Shown: piece by piece, positions 39,767 to 51,418 of the stretch
How the letters are laid out: every line of letters starts with the position of its first letter
Numbering within the stretch: the stretch's first letter is position 1
Source: Balanoglossus misakiensis
Taxonomy: Eukaryota > Animalia > Hemichordata
Length of the DNA: 64,000 bases
Reading direction: 5' to 3'
Assembly (NCBI GenBank): GCA_040954595.2
Contig: CM082593.2
Span: 9,247,200 to 9,311,199, forward strand
Program-made: the position numbers and the translations under genes
The notes under the pieces: model-generated
Databases searched by the model: none
Told to the model about the DNA's origin: nothing
Seen by the model: the letters and a program-made list of their open reading frames with translations, nothing else

Positions 39767-41593
39767 TTATACTGAAGTGAATGTACCGCCCGTTATCGTT
39801 TGACCAGGGCCAAACAGTGAACTTGAATGAACATTACGGGTGTCATCTGATGACTGTGCAGTTGTTGTGTCCGTTTGCGGGTTAGGCCTAGTTGACGATG
39901 GGGCCGATTTCATGTTGCTCATGATGGAGGACATTTTTAGCTGTTGTTTCTGTGACACTGTGGCGTAGTGAGTGATGCTGTTGACGTTCTTGTGTGCTGT
40001 CCGTTGCATGATATGAGTCGAGGGTACATCCACGTTGTTCAGTTCTGTAACTAGGGTCGTCCGAGCTGAATGGTTCGTTTTCTTACTGCTAAGATTCGCC
40101 GCTTGTGCCATAGTTTTCATCAGGCCTCTGAGGGAGTTGATGCCCAGTCGCTGATTCTTGTACCAGTTGTTCTCGTCAGATGCATTGTATTTGTGATTTA
40201 CGGCGAGGTAAACTGGACTAACGGCAGCCATCATTGACGTTGGACGCATTTCGGTAAACTTCTTAAAAGCTGCAACCGGACACAGTTCTGGGTTTGATTT
40301 ATTTTCGTACATTCTGGGCTTTATTTTTCTCGTGTTTCGTGGGTTTTCTCCTTGTCTTGTTATTGTCTGTCTCTCGATGTTGTATTCGATATATTTCACG
40401 ATATCGCCATCGATGACTTCGGTGCCCTCGACAATATCACCCAGTTCCATGGTGTAGGCCGAACTGGGTTGTTAGAAACCACCACACGGTATTCTGAAGT
40501 GCTGCTGGGCGATGCATACCAAGCTGTCCAGTATTGTAAAGTGCATCGACGTCGTCGGCAGTTAGTGGCTCGGTTTTATTGGGTGCGTTGCCCTAGCCCA
40601 TAGCTTTTAGGTTCTTCTTTTAGCAGCGAAGACTCGTCTAGCGCCCTCGAAAAGAGCATCCGTTTTAATATTCCACTGATATTTATTTTCACGTAATAGT
40701 CGGTCGATTGAATTCAGGAAACTGTGCATTGTCGCTGGCTCATATTCAGTAGCCCGGAGACCAGGGCGTCGATCTAAAATACAACAGTCGAGCAATGTCA
40801 TGCTGAGCTGAAAGATAGTAGCCCCGGCTACGATCAGGGTCGCTTAGTAACGAATGGATAACGAGTGATCTATCAAATGTTGACGGGCGCCAGTGGTTGG
40901 ATGATATAATTAACAAAGCTTGGTTATGAATATTCATACTCCTTCAAAACCACTCCCACATCCCATCGCGGGAATTTCACGCCTCTATTTTCTTATTTAG
41001 AATGCGATGATGTCATTTGGTTTACATTGAGTGACCAATTAGCTTACATGCAAGATTTACCGCCCGTGTCGTTCTGCGCACAAAATTCTGTGCGTAAATA
41101 GAGACTGTCACCGGGCGTTTCTTTTCGACGCCCTGGTCTCCGGGCTACATATTCAGTTCAATCTCGTTTTCTGGTATTTGCTCAGTAGTTGGTCCAGTTC
41201 GTGTGGTGGGATAAGATGGACTTCACGATACTCTGACTGGGTCAAATTAAGCCAAGTTTGAAGCTGGTTTATGTCAGTTCGGTGTTTTCTGATTATGTTC
41301 TTTGGGATTTGGTGCCTAACGAAATCAACCATTTCTTCATTTGAAACTTGACAATTTCCGTACCTGTCGTTGATGTCATTGTTGTTGTTACTGCTGCCGT
41401 TCGCGTGACTTGGTGTTATTGGCGGCACCGGTGTTGTTGTTGTTTCGTTTTGACCTTGAGGATTTGGACCATTTGCGTCTTGTTGATAAACGTCCCACCA
41501 CATACAGGATTTGTTGCCGTGCTGTTTCATTATCTGAGTAGTAAAACACATTGTTGTCGAGAAGATCGGAGACGAGCTGTTCAAAACGGACAA
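39767..41593 (-). pseudogene. Crypton (CryptonA / DUF3504-type) tyrosine recombinase, disrupted
   Basis: Segments IPKNIIRKH..., RKRD*TEYEPATM...SIDRLLRE and ERQTITRQG...CPVAAFKKF...WYKNQRLGINSL...TNHSARTT...TAHKNVNSITHY. It has frameshifts, a stop and a MITE insertion, and the first catalytic Arg (GLRG) appears deleted. Confidence 0.88.
40750..41147. mobile_element. 398-bp MITE with 23-bp TIR and 9-bp TSD (AcademH-like termini)
   Basis: CATATTCAG|TAGCCCGGAGACCAGGGCGTCGA ... TCGACGCCCTGGTCTCCGGGCTA|CATATTCAG. TAG..CTA ends with a 9-bp TSD are described for AcademH. Confidence 0.88.
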
Positions 41594-42098
41594 CTAAACT
41601 GCAAAATTCACGCGTCACTACGCATACGCGAACGCCACTGCCTGCCATCAGACGTACGCGTATTTACGTGTAACTAAACCTCTCTATGGAAAAGAATTTG
41701 GCTTTACGTCAACGTCTGTTTGTGTGGAACGCGCACTCTGTATTCGAATTTTGAGCGTGTACATCATTATTCCGCGTCGCTGCACTGCAACTAGGGATTC
41801 AACTGTCGGGCGACATTACAAATTGATGACCAAATTTCACATAAAATGACTAAAAAGAAATAAATGCGTTTTCGTTTGTCATTATGAGATTTCAAGCTAA
41901 CAAGGCATACACATATTTCGTAGATAATATGAATTTTTGTTGCCCAAAATGAGAATAACTTTTCACGTTCGCAACTAACGTGAAAACATCTATCTCCATG
42001 TCTTTTATGTGAACGTCAAACTTTACACAAAACTTGATGACGTCATAACAGAAATTCGTGACGTTGCGCGTATAACGTGTAGACGAACCTCTCTATTA

Positions 42099-44165
42099 GG
42101 CTGCGCAAATTCAAAACTATGTTTGACGTCACCCCAAGACCCCAAAACCTATGAGGGGGGGGGGGGGGGGGAGTGGTCAACAAAACAAACTAATTATATA
42201 TTCCAAAATATGCAAATGAGATATTATGAGAAATTGAAAGCAAATATCCATTGAAGAAAACCCTTGTCCTTAAACTTTAAACATATTTTACATCTAAATT
42301 ATTCCACAGACGTTTACAGTGTCACGTTCAAAGATACTGAGTAAACAGTAAATTCAATATTAATGCACATACGCATATATCAGTTGAACAATTTTATTGA
42401 AAAAAGTTTCAGCCAAACATTTTGACAATCACAATTTCCATTTGATGAAGTCCATCAGTTCTGTACAACTTGCTCATGAAAACAGTCAAAACACAACATT
42501 TTCTGGCGAAGTGGAACTGTTGAAAATTTAACAGTTGAAAATTTAACAAATTTAACTCTGATTCTGGCTCACAACACACGTTCCATAGAGAGGATGACTT
42601 GGTTTTACTAGTACCCCGCCACAGGTATAAAGACCATCATCTAGGAATACCTGAAGTTGCTGTTTTTTTTGCTGTGAATCAAGCCTCTTTGCAGATAAAT
42701 ACACTTATCAAAGAGAAATAAAAAACAGAGAAGTCTTAGTTGTATTAATTTTTTAATATACATGTACATATACATAGAAAACACATAACAAGACACTGTT
42801 AATGTCTCAGTGTACGAGGTTCAGTCCCTTTCTCTTCACTTTTTCACAATACACATTATTTACTACATTGTATGGCTTGCAGTGTGGTAAATTGACAAAT
42901 GAGAAAGGAATATCCAATTTACAATGGATATTAAAATGTCCAATATAGTACTGTATACAATGCTTTACCATACCCGGGCTTTTTGCAATCTATGCAGGGC
43001 ACCAGTCCACAGCTCCAACTTTTCACCACTCAGCCTGAAGTTGGTGTTTTCTGCATCAAGTACCAGTCCCTTTCTGCTGGGGCAATTAATTTCACGTGTT
43101 GGTCTGCCTTGGACTTCTGTAAACCTTTCAAAGTGGTCCCCACTTTCATCCGGAACAGGATCTTTTGCAAAGAAAAAAGTATAAATTAAATGGATGTTTA
43201 CATGACTTTACAGGTACTACAGCATAAACTGTACTTACTTAGGCCAACACTACAGAAGGCAAAGCTGTAGAGTTATAACAGAATAGTGCCAAGTTCTGTG
43301 CTACTAAATGATACAAAAATCAGAGTTTGTAATTCTACTCAAACAAAATTTATTTTAGCAAATTTGTTTTCAGTCTATATGTGGAATGCAACAAATTGGC
43401 TCAGACAACTTGTTCTGGGCTGCAGTATGGTCATACACAACATTTATTCACTGACATACAACAAAATTGTAAATAAAATAATGTTTTACTAACCTTGGAT
43501 CACATGGACAGCCTTGAAATCACCTTTCATTCTGACCATGGAGGTACCTCCATAATTCTGACTGGTCTATTAACATCTTTCTGAGTTTGCACTACGTCAG
43601 CGTTGGTATTTTCGTCTCCTTTTGATTTTACATCAAAAAGAATGTAATACTTGTGGAACCGATCACACGTTTTTGCGATAGACAATCGTGGACACACCTC
43701 TATCTTCTCACCTTCACCACATTTTTCCGACTGTAACAGGTAACAAGACGTTCTGCCATATTTTGCAATTTTAGTTTTGAACCGATCGTGTTTAGTCTGA
43801 CTAAGGAGAACTAGCCCTTTGTACAGCGCAGCGAAGCTGTCATTTGGACTGACTTCGAAGGCATACCAATCTATTGCCACCTTCTTGTTCTGTGTAACTC
43901 TGCAACTTATAATTTCGCGTACTCTCGTTTTATGAACATCTTTTGCCATCTTTCTCCAATTTTACCCACAGGCGACTTTGAAACCTACAGACGACACGTT
44001 CTCGTCATGCAACAACCACGGTCGATAGGAGGACACAGTGAGACGAACAGACATATGACATCAATGACCCGTTCGACCTCATTTGCATATTTGTTTGTAT
44101 TTGCGAAATTTCTCGTAAACCTAGGCGCGCGCTGACGTCAAACATAATTTTGAATTTGCCCAGCC
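42099..44165 (-). mobile_element. Internally deleted Zator DNA transposon, 2067 bp
   Basis: TTA|GGCTGCGCAAATTCAAAACTATGTTTGACGTCA ... TGACGTCAAACATAATTTTGAATTTGCCCAGCC|TTA. This is a 33-bp TIR with 2 mismatches and a 3-bp TWA TSD. Confidence 0.85.
42440..43949 (-). pseudogene. Transposase remnant: N-terminus joined to C-terminal Cys-rich exons, catalytic core missing
   Basis: ORF 43527-43949 (MAKDVHK...), then spliced, frameshifted pieces VHVIQ|DPVPDESGDHFERF...CPS...CIDCKKPR and LDDGLYTCGGVL. No DDE motifs are seen. Confidence 0.6.
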
Positions 44166-44502
44166 TTATCATACATGCAACGCCTGTATTTGGCACCTTC
44201 TACACACGCGATTGTGCAGTACCTTGGACAAAGCTTGGAACAATGTTGCAAAAAGCTTTGTGCTGAAGCTTGCTACAAGAGTTTGCGTGCCGACCTTTGC
44301 TGAAGGGGTCGTGTCGTGTGCCAACCTTCGCTGAAGCTTCTTATTACTAGCCTTAGTTGAACCTAAGCTGTACTGACCTTTGAGAAACCTTATAATTCCA
44401 ATCTTTGGCCAAGCGTCTTCAAAGCTTGGTGAAAAAAATTCAACAATGCTTTACTAAACAAACCTTTAAACAAGCTTAATTTTTGAAGCTTTGTCGAAGA
44501 TG

Positions 44503-44652
44503 TTTATTTTATTTTCATCCCAATCAAGTCACAACAAACTCTCCTTGTAACTTTTATAATATAGAGATTAAATGAAATTGTAGTGATACACATGAGTATA
44601 AAAGTTACAAGGACAGTTTGTTGTGACTTGATTTGGATGAAAATAAAATAAA
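44503..44652. repeat. Foldback element with ~55-bp arms
   Basis: TTTATTTTATTTTCATCCCAATCAAGTCACAACAAACTCTCCTTGTAACTTTTATA versus TATAAAAGTTACAAGGACAGTTTGTTGTGACTTGATTTGGATGAAAATAAAATAAA. Confidence 0.88.
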
Positions 44653-46307
44653 GGTAATCATGTTCAAATAATACACTGCAGATTAAGTAGTTTTTTGTCC
44701 AGTTGTCAGTAACAATTTTTTTCTATTCAGAATTAATTAAAATTGTTCTACTGGTCTTACTTACATGAGCGAATAATAATTTAATGTTTTAAAACTGTTG
44801 CATTTATTTCAGGAGTGTGAACATGAAAAAAAATCAAAAGAAGACTGGCGAAGAGAAAGACAGAAGCAAGGTAATTGAAATGGTCTACAATCAATGCAAA
44901 GAAAATGCTGTCAGTTTGGGCCTTGAAATGATCAAAATGGCATTTCTGAATAACATGTGTATTTTATTTTATTTTCAGGACAAAGAGAAAATAAAAGAGT
45001 TGGAGGAAGAAATTGAGAGACTGAAAAGGGAAATCGGGGGGAGGTTAATACAAGGGAAGAGAGGGTGGAAGCTGTAAGGGAAATTGGGAAATTAGAAAAT
45101 TTAGAAATTTACAGGCATGCAGATCTCCTCTGCCAAAACCAAGACAGGTAGTCTGTTCAAAATTTATCAGACATAGATTTACCTAATCTATTGTCATAAT
45201 GGAATCTTGTCTTGGTTTCCTTCTTGAGGAGATTTGTATGCCAAATACTGGAATCCAAAATAACACTCAATATCTTGCCCATGCCGTTGAACTTCTTTAT
45301 ACTGCCAGGAATCCTAAGTTTGTGAGTAGTTTTATTTCTGCAATTCAAGTTATTTTATTTAGTTTGACCAGAAGTCGCCTGGCAGTTGATCTCATGGGCC
45401 ACGTAACAGCAGGCCCATGTTATGATGTCATTAACAATATTCTTTTCAAAGGTAATTTTGATTTTCCAGATGCACCTGAGGGGTGAGTTGAATTTTCTTT
45501 TGATAATGAACAACATCTTTCTAAAAATTACATTAACAGAAATGGTAATTCAGTTACTTTGGATATTTTACTAACATTATTGCTTCTCAGCTGGACCCAG
45601 AATCATCACTGCAATATGATTCTGGGTTGAAGCCAAGTCAGTGGCAGAAGGTTTCAGAGACAGATGTTTCCAATACAGAGGGCAGCAAGTATGATGAGTT
45701 TGATTCAGTTGTCAAAGAGTCCATTGCTTCTTATGTTGATGATTTAATTTTATCTTCTGTAGCCACTATCAATGTAGAAAATGCACCACAGACTGACTCT
45801 ATTGACACATACTTACAACAAAAACAACAGACTGACAGCGTCGAGATTTGCCCCAAGTGTGGTTTCACCCACACGAAGGGCAAATCGAGAATTGCTAAGT
45901 GTCGAGGCAGTGGCATTCGAAGGCAACCATTTTGCATGAGTGTGTTGGTGAAGTAAAGGTTGCTCACATGGGAAAGTAAACTTCCAGAATTGTTAAAAAG
46001 CCCCCAAAACAAGCAAATAAAGCAAATATTTATGTTATGTCTCCTATTTTTGTAAATCCTAATTGTTTCAAATCAGTGAAAGAAATTCTTAATCACATTG
46101 GTAAACTTGCAAAAATCAAACAATATTTTAATCATGACGAGGGCAGTGGAGATTATTGTACATATATGGAATGGGTTATAATCAGGTGTGATGGCTTGCC
46201 ATATGTAATTATTCGGAAAATTTTATCAGAAGATCATGAGGGAATATTTTCATGGGTTGTTTTAAGGACGGGCCTTTTACATGAAGAAATCAATGCAGTC
46301 AAATCAT

Positions 46308-46613
46308 ACACGGGTTTCATAAGTCTAGCGCCCTCTTGTGGCTATCATGAATTTGACCTCAAAGCGAGGCCACTGGGTGTACGCCCCTGATGAGTTGATG
46401 ACAGCTCGTAAACACAGGCTCAGCGGTTTGTTGACGGAAGTGGCGACGCTGATAAAACTTTTCAAGGTAAGAATTTCTCGAATTCGCAGCTGTATTTTTG
46501 TTTTCAGTCATATTTTAAGCACCTTCTTGTTTAGCTTCTGAGATATTATAGCAAAAAAAGTGTGAATTTCTTTCAATTTTTGCGATCTCAAAATTTTTTT
46601 TTGGAGCGACCGA
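46308..46613 (+). repeat. Left long TIR
   Basis: Near-identical inverted copy at ~51124-51418. The mirrored 67-aa ORFs differ at 2 residues. Patchy similarity extends to ~46690 / 51040. Confidence 0.93.
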
Positions 46614-46921
46614 AAAAGAGCACGCGATACGGTTACTTGGGTTTTAGTGTAACTGTTACTTCGATCGACTCAGCGAAAAAAAAATAAAAGTCGATATACA
46701 GTAAATAAAACTATAATTTGTGGTACTATTTAGTCTCAAGGTGGCATTATGCCATAATGTGATATTGTGGTGTGCATTTTCAGTACTGAATAAAAGTTTC
46801 GAAGGGACTGTGAATATAAAACTGTCAGATTGTACACTAGTACTAAAAAGGTGACCGTGATCTCTATGATAATTTTTGATAACTGCTCATGTTCAATGGA
46901 ATGAATGTTTTTTTTTCAGTC

Positions 46922-48568
46922 ATGGTTCATAACTGTTGTGTACCGTTCTGTACAAGAGCTGGGTACAGAGGAGAGAATAGGGAGAAAATTTCCTTTTTTT
47001 CTTTTCCAAACGATAAAATGCGAAGAAAACAATGGATAAAAAAAATTAAAAGGGATGAAGGAAAATTTTTCAAAATAACACATCACACAAAGGTTTGCTC
47101 AAGGCATTTCACAGATGAGGACATATCAAGAACCCTTGCCAATAAATATTTTCTCAAACCGAATGCTGTACCATCACAGTTCAAATGGACATCCACAAAA
47201 CAAGCACGAAAGTTACCAACACCAAGAACAGCACCACAGAAAAATACTTTGATGGAGGTAAATGAAAATCACAGCATGCATCCAAGTGGTAAATTGTCTA
47301 CTGTAAGTGATTCCGCCACAGGAGACCTTCACGAGAGATGTCAGCTGGGAAGCACTGAAGTACTTCATCAACAGACACTTGGGTGTCATGAAGTTGACCA
47401 ATCACATCTGGGCATCTCATCTGGAAATCATAGGAATGAACAGCAACTCCTTGAAAAAATTGAAAGACTTACTTTTGAAAACCAGAGACTTATTAACAAA
47501 ATTGCTGATGTAGAGTTTTCAAATGCAAAAACCATTGAAATGCTTAAAGAAAAAGTAAAACTATTGAGGGAGGATTTAATTAAAAAGGATTTAGAAATAA
47601 AGAATTTGAAAAGTAATCAATTCAACATTGAAAATATGAAAGAGAGTGATGAGGTAATTTCATTTTATACAGGATTTCCAAATTTTCTGGCGTTAATGGA
47701 TGTCTTTGAATTTATTGACCCTGGTAAAGTGGGAGAAAATATTAACTACTGGAATTCAACAAATAAATTACATGATACTGATAAAAGCCAAGCAGACAAG
47801 AAAATGGGTCGCCCTCGGACCCTACGGCCAATTGATGAATTTCTTCTTACTTTGTGTCGTTTAAGGCAGGGTTTCTTTGAGCGTCACCTGGCATTTCTGT
47901 TTAACATTTCAATGTCAACTGTAAGCAGAATATTTATAACTTGGATAAATTACCTTTACTTGAAACTGGGTCACCTTAATATTTGGCAAGACAAAGCCAG
48001 TATCACAAGAAACATGCCTGCATCATTTACAGTGAAGTACCCAAGTACCCGCATCATAATTGATTGTTCAGAAATTAGGGTGGAAATGCCCAGTTCATTG
48101 ATTTTACATTCACAATTTTTGTCTAATTACAAAAACCATGTAACACTTAAGGGGCTAATAGGCATAGCTCCAAGTGGAGCTGTAACATTTGTCAGCAGTT
48201 TATATACTGGCTCCATATCTGACAGAGAAATTGAATGTAGATCAGGGTTACTGGATATGCCATTTGACCACGGTGACTCTGTAATGGCAGACAAGGGATT
48301 CACCATAGCTGACCTCTTGAGGCCTAAAGGTGTGTCTCTGAATATTCCACCATTTCTAGAGAAACGTGACCAAATGAGTGCAGAAGATGTTATAGAAACA
48401 CAAAAAATTGCTGCTGAGCGCATACATGTAGAAAGGGCAATTAATAAAGTTAAGAATTTTCATATCTGGGACAGAGTTGTCCCTATATCACTTTTTAATA
48501 TTGTAAATGAAATGTGGACTGTAAGTGCACTATTGTGTAATGTACAGAATCCTATAATAAGTGCATGA
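46922..48568 (+). CDS. THAP-domain DDE_Tnp_4 (HARBI1-like) transposase, ~548 aa
   Basis: MVHNCCVPFC...FFSFP...W...VCSRHF...AVP is a THAP finger. It is followed by a coiled coil, FYTGFPN, LCRLRQG (HTH), then IIDCSE, MADKGF and RIHVERAI (catalytic motifs). The ATG is 2 nt after a TTTTTTCAG acceptor. Confidence 0.95.
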   Translation: MVHNCCVPFCTRAGYRGENREKISFFSFPNDKMRRKQWIKKIKRDEGKFFKITHHTKVCSRHFTDEDISRTLANKYFLKPNAVPSQFKWTSTKQARKLPTPRTAPQKNTLMEVNENHSMHPSGKLSTVSDSATGDLHERCQLGSTEVLHQQTLGCHEVDQSHLGISSGNHRNEQQLLEKIERLTFENQRLINKIADVEFSNAKTIEMLKEKVKLLREDLIKKDLEIKNLKSNQFNIENMKESDEVISFYTGFPNFLALMDVFEFIDPGKVGENINYWNSTNKLHDTDKSQADKKMGRPRTLRPIDEFLLTLCRLRQGFFERHLAFLFNISMSTVSRIFITWINYLYLKLGHLNIWQDKASITRNMPASFTVKYPSTRIIIDCSEIRVEMPSSLILHSQFLSNYKNHVTLKGLIGIAPSGAVTFVSSLYTGSISDREIECRSGLLDMPFDHGDSVMADKGFTIADLLRPKGVSLNIPPFLEKRDQMSAEDVIETQKIAAERIHVERAINKVKNFHIWDRVVPISLFNIVNEMWTVSALLCNVQNPIISA

Positions 48569-48729
48569 GGATTTTGTCTGTTCTTTGATGTGGCACAGCT
48601 GTAATGTGAATAATAAAATAAAATATTAAATTGATGAATACGTCTTTTATTTGCATTTCAACCATGCACGCATTTTACATCTTTTAAAACATCAACTACA
48701 TTTATCAACTACATTCAATAAAAATATGG

Positions 48730-50828
48730 TTAAGCACTTTGTTCTCTCGTCACGATAAATGGCATGTAATGTTCGGTAAAAAAAACATCCAGTTTTGTCA
48801 ACATTTCTTGCCAATATACACTGTCAAATATGATTCTCTCAATGCTGAGCCCTTTAAATGTATATATAACAAAATCGCACCAAGTCAGCCCACACACTGC
48901 CATTTGTCCCTGAATTTGCTGATAATATCTGTGATAAACTTTCAACCTTGGCTGCCCATTGTCATCATAACAATAAAATGTTGGATCAAGGCATGCATCC
49001 AACGGAGTGACATTTTTCTTTGTTTCTGGGCATTTAACTTCTACAATACCATATGGCTCAGATGATTTTCTATCGACCACTTTCGAATCCGGTGTACCAC
49101 CAAGAAAACAATACGAGGGGTTTATAACTAGACCACATTTGTGTAGAGATACATAATTATCTGTGTCATTCATGTATTTGGCATATTTTATCAACCCCTC
49201 ACTTTCATATTTTTTGCCATGATCAGTATATCTGCTTGTAAAACTTTCAGAATTAAATAAGCTATTACACAGGGCATCGTGATTTCTTTTTGTTATACAT
49301 ACATCGTGAAAATTTGATGCAGTCAGCCTTGGTTTTCTATACAGAAACCACTTATCACTGACAGACTGCTTTCTTGTCTCTGCTTCAATCATATTTTCTC
49401 TGTCTTTGTTACATTTGATTGATTGAAACCATGCATGTTCCTGTTCATTGTTAATTTTAATGTCATATATAGGGGTTTCTTTGTATGGTAAATTAGGAAA
49501 AGAATTTAAATCTATTAACAAATTATAAGATGGCAGTCTTGGTACTGATGATATGTCACAAAAGACAGAATAACTACACTCTGTGTGTCGTGTTTGATAG
49601 CTTAAAATTGAGCCATTTGGCACTTTACCAAATTTGGTATCAACTAATGATACATCAGGCATGACCTGGCACTGCGCAAACCCAAACAGTGGATTTTTTT
49701 GGTTCAGACTTTCTCTGAACTTTTTTTCAGCACTGTTGTCATGATTTGGATTTCTTCTGGCATCATACAATGCTGAAGTCACAGCATATTTTGACTCACC
49801 ACTATCAACTTTAACTTTGCGAATGGCCAAACTTGTAACAGGTTCTGGCAAAACCCCCAAACCTCTGTTTCTATGGTGCCACACTTGTAATCTAGAGGTT
49901 GGAGAAGTAATGTTTGAGTGAATATTTACAAACTCTTGAACATCCTCTAAATCAAATAAAGAGCATTGTGAAATCAGAAATAATAATGCAAGGGTATGAT
50001 TACAGTAGCCTACAAGTCCGGCTTTACAGGTACAGTTAGCATGTACAACATTACCATCCAGAAGATCAAGCTTTAGTTTCAGTCTATGTGGCTCTGCATG
50101 TTTTTTGTAGCTATGGTTACACCTTGCTGTAAAATAAAAGTATTTTGTGTCTTTATTTGTCATAACATCATGGATATATTTTTCTTCAAAGAACACTTTT
50201 CCCCGTTGCTGATTAGTTGGGTGATTATCCTCAGCATCCCCTTTTCCTTGCTTCCCTGTTTTTGAGAGATGGATATTTATATGTGCTCTAGTGAACAAAG
50301 GCAATCCTAGCAACGACGTGCCCCACCCATCTTTTGGGTAAGAAGTGGACAGTCCAACAGGTGCTACAGGAGCTGACATGACATTTGCTGGAGTTTGGCC
50401 TGATGATAGTGCCTTCATTTTCTGTATCTTCATCTTAGTATAGCTTTTGTTTGGATCTGGATCAACAATTTTTGCATCAGTTCCATTTTCCATGTACACC
50501 TTTATTCTACAGAAAAAAACAAATGTTTCAATATTGTTATTTTAATAGTATTATTTGCAATACATGCATTTTCATTTATTTGACCATAATTTATTATTAT
50601 ATTGTTTGATCAACAAAACCAAATGGAACACGTAAAAACAATTTACCCAGCCCCTACTTGCCTTGTCAACAACTGTGCCTTTGTTTTTAAGTTCTTCAGG
50701 GTGTCACCCCTACATCTTAACCAAAATTGGAGCCTGTCCTTTTTCAGCGTTGCTGGATCAATACCATCAAAGCTGGCTCCTGGGATATCATCTTCGCTGA
50801 GAGATACATTACTGACGGTGACATCCAT
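48730..50828 (-). CDS. SAP-like + SWIM zinc finger + YqaJ (lambda-exonuclease-like) protein, ~647 aa, two coding exons
   Basis: Exon 50828-50662 (LQFWLRCRG...KTKAQLLTR) joins 50506-48730. SWIM is CTCKAG...CNH. YqaJ motifs are RLTASNF, HGKKYE, LGGTPD, VEVKCP, YYQQIQGQM and WCDFV. Confidence 0.92.
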
Positions 50829-51123
50829 TCTGTGTAAAAATCCAGCATGTCAATTACATTTTTTTGACTTTGTGAAGCATTGAACATGAATACAAATGCA
50901 AGAGGAATATAGGCTGCAGAAGGTCTGCAATAAAACTAAAACTTTTAAAAGCTCTCATTCATAAAGTTTCGGTGAATAACACCCCTTAGCAGTTCGGCTA
51001 TGGGCTCGATCATAATTAAGGTAACAAAAACTGAAAGTAAACTTTGATTTTTTTTCGCTGAGTCGATCGATCGATACGTGCCTTTGACCAGAATGCCGGC
51101 TTTCCAGCTAACCGTGCGCTATA

Positions 51124-51418
51124 TCGGTCGCTCCAAAAAAAAATTTGAGATCGCAAAAATTCACACTTTTTTTGCTATAATATCTCAGAAGCTAAACAAG
51201 AAGGTGCTTAAAATATGACTGAAAACAAAAATACAGCTGCGAATTCGAGAAATTCTTACCTTGAAAAGTTTTATCGGCGTCGCCACTTCCGTCAACAAAC
51301 CGCTGAGCCTGTGTTTATGAGCTGTCATCAACTCATCAGGGGCGTACACCCAGTGGCCTCGCTTTGAGGTCAAATTCATGATAGCCACAAGAGGGCGCTA
51401 GACTTATGAAACCCGTGT
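51124..51418 (-). repeat. Right long TIR
   Basis: Reverse complement of 46308-46613. Confidence 0.93.

Larger units (their letters stand above)
46308..51418. mobile_element. Full-length ISL2EU-type (PIF/Harbinger-related) DNA transposon, 5111 bp
   Basis: AT|ACACGGGTTTCATAAG ... CTTATGAAACCCGTGT|AT gives a 2-bp AT TSD. TIRs are ~300 bp and enclose two convergent intact genes (THAP-DDE and YqaJ). Confidence 0.92.

Noticed and set aside
39767-40450. Domesticated host gene (KCTD1, ZMYM or QRICH1-like)
   Set aside because: It is intronless, frameshifted, interrupted and lacks BTB or MYM domains, so a dead Crypton fits better.
46338-46541. 67-aa ORF mirrored at 51185-51388
   Set aside because: It uses a non-ATG start, reads through a splice donor and is duplicated only because it lies in the TIR.
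48730-50499. Phage or viral recombinase indicating a prophage or endogenous virus
   Set aside because: YqaJ with SWIM is a known accessory gene of ISL2EU-type transposons. Here it has an intron and lies between TIRs.
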